The translations under genes were made by a program, and so were the position numbers. The notes below the pieces were generated by a model. The model was not told the DNA's origin. It saw only the letters and a program-made list of their open reading frames with translations, and did not search any database. Of a stretch of DNA of 64,000 bases, positions 59,063 to 64,000 are shown piece after piece. Numbering within the stretch: the stretch's first letter is position 1; the number at the start of each line of letters is the position of its first letter. The stretch covers positions 512,001-576,000 of the forward strand of contig CAWDVE010000016.1 in NCBI GenBank assembly GCA_963805625.1, in the 5' to 3' direction. This DNA is from an uncultured Candidatus Rokubacteria bacterium (GTDB lineage Bacteria; Methylomirabilota; Methylomirabilia; Rokubacteriales; DASRDR01).

Positions 59063-59917
59063 ATGTCCTCGCTGCGGATCGCGCTCGCGCAATGCCGCCA
59101 GACTGCCGACTTCGACACGAACGCCGCGACCATCTTCCGCATGATCGACGAGGCCGCCCGACAGCGCGTCCAGGTCCTCTGCTTCCCGGAGACACAGACG
59201 GTCGGCTACCGCGTCGACATCGGCACGCCCGACCAGCCGGTCCCGGTCGAGCAGCTCGCCGAGCTGGAAGGCCGCGTCGCGGAACGCTGCGCAGCACTGG
59301 CCATGGCGTGCATCCTCGGGACGGAGACGCCCCTCGAGTCGAACCCCCGACGCGGCAAGCCGTACAACTCGGCCCTCGTGATCTCCGAGACGGGCAAGGT
59401 GCTCGGGGTGCACCACAAGACCCGGCTCACGCCCCTCGATGCGCTGGCCTACACGCCCGGTCACGGCTTCCAGACGTTCGAGCTGTTCGGGGTCCGGGTC
59501 GGCGTGGTGATCTGTTTCGAGGGCCTTCGGTTCCCGGAGACGACGCGCGAGTGCGTTCGCCAGGGCGCCCAGGTCATCTTCCATCCCCAGAGCAACACCA
59601 CGCGGGCGAACGACTGGAAGGTGCCCGTGCACCACGCCATGATCGTGACGCGGGCGGCGGAGAACACGGTGTGGTTCGCCTCCTGCAACGCCTGCCTGGT
59701 GCCCCACCAGAACTCCCGCTCGCTGGTCGTGGCGCCGGACGGCCAGATCTGGGCCCAGACCGAGCTCCGGCGGGAGGAGCTCCTGGTGACCGATCTGGAC
59801 GTGGCGCGGGCCACCCGGGCCATGTTCGAGTTCGAGCGGGGCGGGATGGCCGACGTGCTGTTCGGAACCACGGTCCGGCCGGAGGAGTTCGCGGCCGCGG
59901 GCCCGATGACGTCGTGA
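59063..59917 (+). CDS. Carbon-nitrogen hydrolase (nitrilase family)
   Basis: E-K-C triad: LCFPE, HHKTRL, VICFE; RAAEN. Confidence 0.92.
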   Translation: MSSLRIALAQCRQTADFDTNAATIFRMIDEAARQRVQVLCFPETQTVGYRVDIGTPDQPVPVEQLAELEGRVAERCAALAMACILGTETPLESNPRRGKPYNSALVISETGKVLGVHHKTRLTPLDALAYTPGHGFQTFELFGVRVGVVICFEGLRFPETTRECVRQGAQVIFHPQSNTTRANDWKVPVHHAMIVTRAAENTVWFASCNACLVPHQNSRSLVVAPDGQIWAQTELRREELLVTDLDVARATRAMFEFERGGMADVLFGTTVRPEEFAAAGPMTS

Positions 59918-60006
59918 CCCGGAGCCGCCCGTAGGCGGCCCCGGGCGTCCTCATGCGGCTCTCGGCCCGCAGCCGGACGCGGCGCCCGCCGACCCGCTGA
60001 ACCCCT

Positions 60007-62532
60007 TCACCGCTGCCACAGGATCTCATGGGCCTCGAGGGGGATCGAGGCATCGGGATGGTGCGGGAGGAGTCGCGGCGTGTAGTCACCGGGCGCTCGC
60101 GCCGCCGGGATGCTCACGCGGTACTCGTAACCGGCGCCGGCCTCGTCGAGCTTCCGGGCCGGCACCATCGGGTGGCACTCGGGCTCTGCGTCGTCGACCG
60201 CGTTCGCGTACAGCTCGACGCGCACCGCCTCGGGGTCGAGACCGCCGAGATGCACCTGGACGGTGACCCGGTGCTCGGCACCGTGCGTCTCCACGCGAAG
60301 GGCATCGAAGCGCGCCTCCGGCCAGTGCGTGGCGAGGGCCTGTCGCCACGCGATCAGCTGGCCCCCGAGTCGGCCCCGGTCCGCGGCTCGTGCCCGGTAC
60401 CCTGATGCGAGCGGCAGGTAGTACGTCTCCGTGTACTCACGCACCGCCCGGTTCGCCGAGAACCTCGGCGTCAGACGCGCCATGCTCGCGCGCATCTTCG
60501 CGATCCAGGCAACGGGAATGCCCCCCGCGTCGCGTGCGTAGAACGTGGGCACCACCTCGCGCTCGAGCAATTCGTACAGGGCCTCGGCCTCCGCCGCATC
60601 CCACGCGGGATCGGTGTCGTGCTCGCGCCCGTCCCCCAGCGCCCAGCCGACCTCGGGAGTGTAGGCTTCCGCCCACCACCCGTCCAGCTCCGAGAGGTTC
60701 AGGCCCCCGTTGACCAGCACCTTCATGCCGCTCGTGCCGCTCGCCTCCCAGGGTCGCCGCGGCGTGTTGATCCAGAGGTCCACGCCCTGCACGAGGTGCT
60801 CGGCGGTGTGCAGGTCGTAGTCTGGCAGGAAGATGACGCGGCCCCGGACCTCGGGGCGCCGGATGAACTGGATCCATTCTCGGATCAGGTCCTGGCCGGG
60901 CTGGTCGGCGGGGTGCGCCTTGCCGGCCATCACCAAGTGCACGGGGCGTTCGCGGTTCGAGAGAAGCCGGAGCAGCCGGTCCGGGTCGTGGAGGAGCAGG
61001 TTGGGGCGCTTGTAGGTGGCGAAGCGGCGGGCGAATCCCAGCGTGAGCGCGTCGGGGTCCAGGCACGCGCGGAAGGCCGCGGCCTCGTCCGGCGTGGTAT
61101 CCCAGAACTCGACATGCGACGTCATGCGCTCCCGGACGTACGCGACGAGCGCCGTGCGGCCGTCGGCTCGCATCGCCCAGAGCTCGTCATCCGACGCGCA
61201 GGCCACGCCCCGCTCGATGGTCTCCATGGTGCCCCGCCACCGCTCGCCCCCGCACGTCCGGGTCCAGAGCGCGTCGGCCTCGGCCGAGTCCCACGTGGGC
61301 GTATGCACGCCGTTGGTGACGTGCGCCACCGGTACCTCGATCTCGGGCCACCGGGGGAAGAGCGACTGGAGGAGGCGGCGGCTCACGGCGCCGTGCAGGC
61401 GGCTGACGCCGTTGACCGCCGCGCTGCCGCGGATGGCGAGGTACGCCATGTTGAACGGCTCGTCCGGGTCGTCCGGACACTCCCGTCCGAGCGCGAGGAG
61501 CCGGCCGGGCTCGATGCCCAGCCGCTCCTGGGCGTACCGGCCGAGGTACCGCTCGACGAGCGAGGACGGGAAGCGGTCGAGGCCGGCTGGCACCGCCGTG
61601 TGAGTGGTGAACAGGGTGCCGGCTCGCGTGACCGCCAGGGCCACGTCGAAGGGCTGGCCGCTCTCTTCCATGAAGGCCCGGGCCCGCTCCAGGACCGCGA
61701 AGGCCGCATGCCCCTCGTTGAGATGACAGACCTCGGGTTCGAGCCCGAGGGCACGTAGAAGCCGCCACCCGCCGATCCCCAGCAGGAGCTCCTGCCGCAG
61801 GCGCAGCTCGAGTCCGCCTCCGTACAGCTCGCTGGCGATGCCGCGGACGGCCGGCGGATTGGCCGGGTCGTTGCTGTCCAGCAGGTAGAGCACGACCCGC
61901 CCGACCTGGACCTGCCAGGCCCGGAGCCAGATCGTGTACCCCGGCAGCTGGATCGAGAGCCGGAGCCATTCGCCGCCCGGACCCCGGACCGGGGTGATCG
62001 GGAGCTGGGCTGGCTCGTTGTAGGGATAGAACTCCTCCTGGCTCCCATCGGCGGCGATCATCTGGCGGAAGTACCCCTGCTGGTAGAGGAGCCCCACGCC
62101 GACCACGGGCACCGCGAGGTCGCTCGCCGCCTTGAGCTGATCCCCGGCCACGTTCCCGAGGCCGCCCGAATAGATGGGTAGGGCCTCGCTCAGGGCGAAC
62201 TCCATGCTGAAATAGGCCACGCGGCTCAGGGGCGTCTGGGCGTGATGCTGCTGGAACCACGCCGCCGAGTCGAGGTATTCGCGCCGCTGTGCGAGGAGGT
62301 CCTCGATCCGCTTCCGAAAGGCCGGGCGCGCGAGGAGCGCCCCGACCCGCGTGGGCGAGGCAGTCTGGAGAACGAGCCACGGGTTCTGGGTGAGGGCCCA
62401 GAGCTCGGGATCGAGCTGACTCCAGAGCTCGTCGCTGCCGTGATACCACGACCAGCGAAGATCGAGCGCGAGCTCCTTCAACGCATCGTTCCCGACGTCT
62501 CTGGTCCCGCCAGCTCCCTTCTTCTTCGTCAT
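60007..62532 (-). CDS. glgP: Alpha-glucan (glycogen) phosphorylase
   Basis: AYFSMEF; YSGGLG; HLNEGH; FARRFATYKR; EASGTSGMK. Confidence 0.95.
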   Translation of the reverse strand: MTKKKGAGGTRDVGNDALKELALDLRWSWYHGSDELWSQLDPELWALTQNPWLVLQTASPTRVGALLARPAFRKRIEDLLAQRREYLDSAAWFQQHHAQTPLSRVAYFSMEFALSEALPIYSGGLGNVAGDQLKAASDLAVPVVGVGLLYQQGYFRQMIAADGSQEEFYPYNEPAQLPITPVRGPGGEWLRLSIQLPGYTIWLRAWQVQVGRVVLYLLDSNDPANPPAVRGIASELYGGGLELRLRQELLLGIGGWRLLRALGLEPEVCHLNEGHAAFAVLERARAFMEESGQPFDVALAVTRAGTLFTTHTAVPAGLDRFPSSLVERYLGRYAQERLGIEPGRLLALGRECPDDPDEPFNMAYLAIRGSAAVNGVSRLHGAVSRRLLQSLFPRWPEIEVPVAHVTNGVHTPTWDSAEADALWTRTCGGERWRGTMETIERGVACASDDELWAMRADGRTALVAYVRERMTSHVEFWDTTPDEAAAFRACLDPDALTLGFARRFATYKRPNLLLHDPDRLLRLLSNRERPVHLVMAGKAHPADQPGQDLIREWIQFIRRPEVRGRVIFLPDYDLHTAEHLVQGVDLWINTPRRPWEASGTSGMKVLVNGGLNLSELDGWWAEAYTPEVGWALGDGREHDTDPAWDAAEAEALYELLEREVVPTFYARDAGGIPVAWIAKMRASMARLTPRFSANRAVREYTETYYLPLASGYRARAADRGRLGGQLIAWRQALATHWPEARFDALRVETHGAEHRVTVQVHLGGLDPEAVRVELYANAVDDAEPECHPMVPARKLDEAGAGYEYRVSIPAARAPGDYTPRLLPHHPDASIPLEAHEILWQR

Positions 62533-62853
62533 TGGATCGCTCCCGAAGGGCTGCGGACTTCTTGCCGTCTCCTCAGCGCCCGCCCCTCGCTCGCAAGACG
62601 TGTCAGATCGCGGCCAGCGCTTGCACCTGGCGCATGGCCGGGCTCATGTCCAGCGCGACCGCGGTCCCTTCCGCGCCTACAAGATGTGCGTCGTGCCGGC
62701 CACGCTGCCCGTGCCACACGCCACATCCAGAGCACGTTCGCCGAGCTTCCGAGCCGCGTACTCAAGAGGCGAGCCCGTCCACGGGGTGGAGATCAGATGT
62801 GGCCTCGAACCGTGCGAACCGGGCTCGTCTCGTAGAGCTTCCGGTGAGACCCG

Positions 62854-64000
62854 TCACGGCACCGTCCATGTCCAGTCGCGGATCTCCGGCATGTCGTCGC
62901 CGTGCCGGTTGATATACGCGCGGTGCGCGGTCCGCTTGTCCCGCATCGCCTGCTCGACATGGGCCGCCCGGTACCCCAGCGCGGGGACCCGGTCGATCAC
63001 GTCCATCACCAGGTGATAGCGGTCCAGGTCGTTCCGCACCACCATGTCGAAGGGTGTCGTCGTCGTCCCCTCCTCCTTGTAGCCGCGGACGTGGAGATTC
63101 GGGTGGTTCGTCCGCCGGTAGGTCAGGCGGTGAATGAGCCAGGGGTATCCGTGGTAGGCGAAGATGATCGGCTTGTCCGTGGTGAACAGGGAATCGAACG
63201 CCGCGTTCGACAGGCCGTGTGGATGCTCCTCGGCCGGCTGGAGTCGCATCAGGTCCACCACGTTGACCACCCGAACCTTGAGCGTCGGCAGGTGCTCGCG
63301 CAGCAGGCTCACCGCCGCCAGCGTCTCGAGCGTGGGCACGTCCCCGGCGCAGACCATCACGACGTCGGGCTCGGCGCCCTGATCGTTGCTCGCCCACGTC
63401 CAGATCCCGATCCCCGCCGTGCAGTGGGTCACGGCCGCGTTCATGTCCAGGTACTGGAGCGCCGGCTGCTTCCCTGCGACGACGACGTTCACGTAGTTCC
63501 GGCTCCGCAGGCAGTGGTCCATCACGGACAGCAGGGTGTTCGCGTCCGGCGGCAGGTAGACCCGGATGACCTCCGCCTTCTTGTTGACGACGTGGTCGAT
63601 GAACCCCGGGTCCTGATGGGAGAAGCCGTTGTGGTCCTGGCGCCAGACGTGGGAGGTCAGGAGATAGTTGAGCGACGCAATGGGCTCGCGCCATGGGATC
63701 GCCCGCGTCACCTTGAGCCACTTGGCGTGCTGGTTGAACATCGAGTCGACGATGTGGATGAACGCCTCGTAGCTCGAGAATAGTCCGTGCCGGCCGGTCA
63801 GGAGGTAGCCCTCGAGCCAGCCCTGGCACGTGTGCTCGCTCAGGATCTCCATCACCCGACCGTCCGGGGCCAGGTGGTCGTCGTCGGGTTGCCGCTCGGC
63901 GACCCAGGTCCGATCGGTCGCCTCGAAGAGATCCGACAGGCGGTTCGACGCGGTCTCGTCCGGGCCGAAGACCCGGAAGTTCCGGCGGTCCCCGTTGAGC
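62854..64000 (-). CDS. xfp: Phosphoketolase; 5' end lies outside the window
   Basis: [14 protein letters not shown]; [13 protein letters not shown]; [12 protein letters not shown]; [14 protein letters not shown]. Confidence 0.95.
   Translation of the reverse strand, partial: LNGDRRNFRVFGPDETASNRLSDLFEATDRTWVAERQPDDDHLAPDGRVMEILSEHTCQGWLEGYLLTGRHGLFSSYEAFIHIVDSMFNQHAKWLKVTRAIPWREPIASLNYLLTSHVWRQDHNGFSHQDPGFIDHVVNKKAEVIRVYLPPDANTLLSVMDHCLRSRNYVNVVVAGKQPALQYLDMNAAVTHCTAGIGIWTWASNDQGAEPDVVMVCAGDVPTLETLAAVSLLREHLPTLKVRVVNVVDLMRLQPAEEHPHGLSNAAFDSLFTTDKPIIFAYHGYPWLIHRLTYRRTNHPNLHVRGYKEEGTTTTPFDMVVRNDLDRYHLVMDVIDRVPALGYRAAHVEQAMRDKRTAHRAYINRHGDDMPEIRDWTWTVP

Noticed and set aside
1-64000. Many long overlapping or antisense ORFs in the track (e.g. 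37288..39696, 39693..42125, 27345..29327)
   Set aside because: Shadow ORFs caused by high GC on the opposite strand or alternative frames of recognisable genes; Arg/Pro/Gly-rich with no motifs.

Overview
High-GC bacterial chromosome segment. Sigma-54 promoters, a PEP-CTERM gene, a YejM/PbgA-like gene and Tat-exported binding proteins suggest a diderm soil bacterium, possibly Rokubacteria/Methylomirabilota-like; this is inference only. From left to right: a carbohydrate-type ABC importer; two MFS transporters (one frameshifted); a UGA-readthrough redoxin selenoprotein with a SECIS; a LuxR regulator, a stand-alone cNMP-binding protein and a class III cyclase-AAA-TPR protein. An accessory island at about 14.0-22.6 kb holds a large secreted HExxH protein, an intact IS1202-family element with a 17-bp target duplication, a 50-aa minimal PEP-CTERM gene, a GMC oxidoreductase pair and IS110/MNT remnants. 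Next is an actinobacterial-type proteasome cluster (arc-dop-prcB-prcA-pafA) with no pup gene in its usual slot and a consensus sigma-54 promoter. A core block follows: yebC-ruvCAB-spoIID-csaA-queA-tgt-yajC-secDF-rel. Then come an orphan AbiEi-type gene followed by two tandem 11-codon ORFs encoding MAKKKAAKKKK, rpmB, recG-rsmD-coaD, an aminotransferase, a CoA-transferase, decayed genes, a CBS gene with a structured leader, a nitrilase-family gene, glgP and a partial phosphoketolase. The best novelty candidates are the AbiEi + micropeptide cassette, the pup-less proteasome locus, the minimal PEP-CTERM peptide and the CBS leader RNA. No rRNA, tRNA or CRISPR array was seen. All family assignments are from motif recognition by eye, not database searches.
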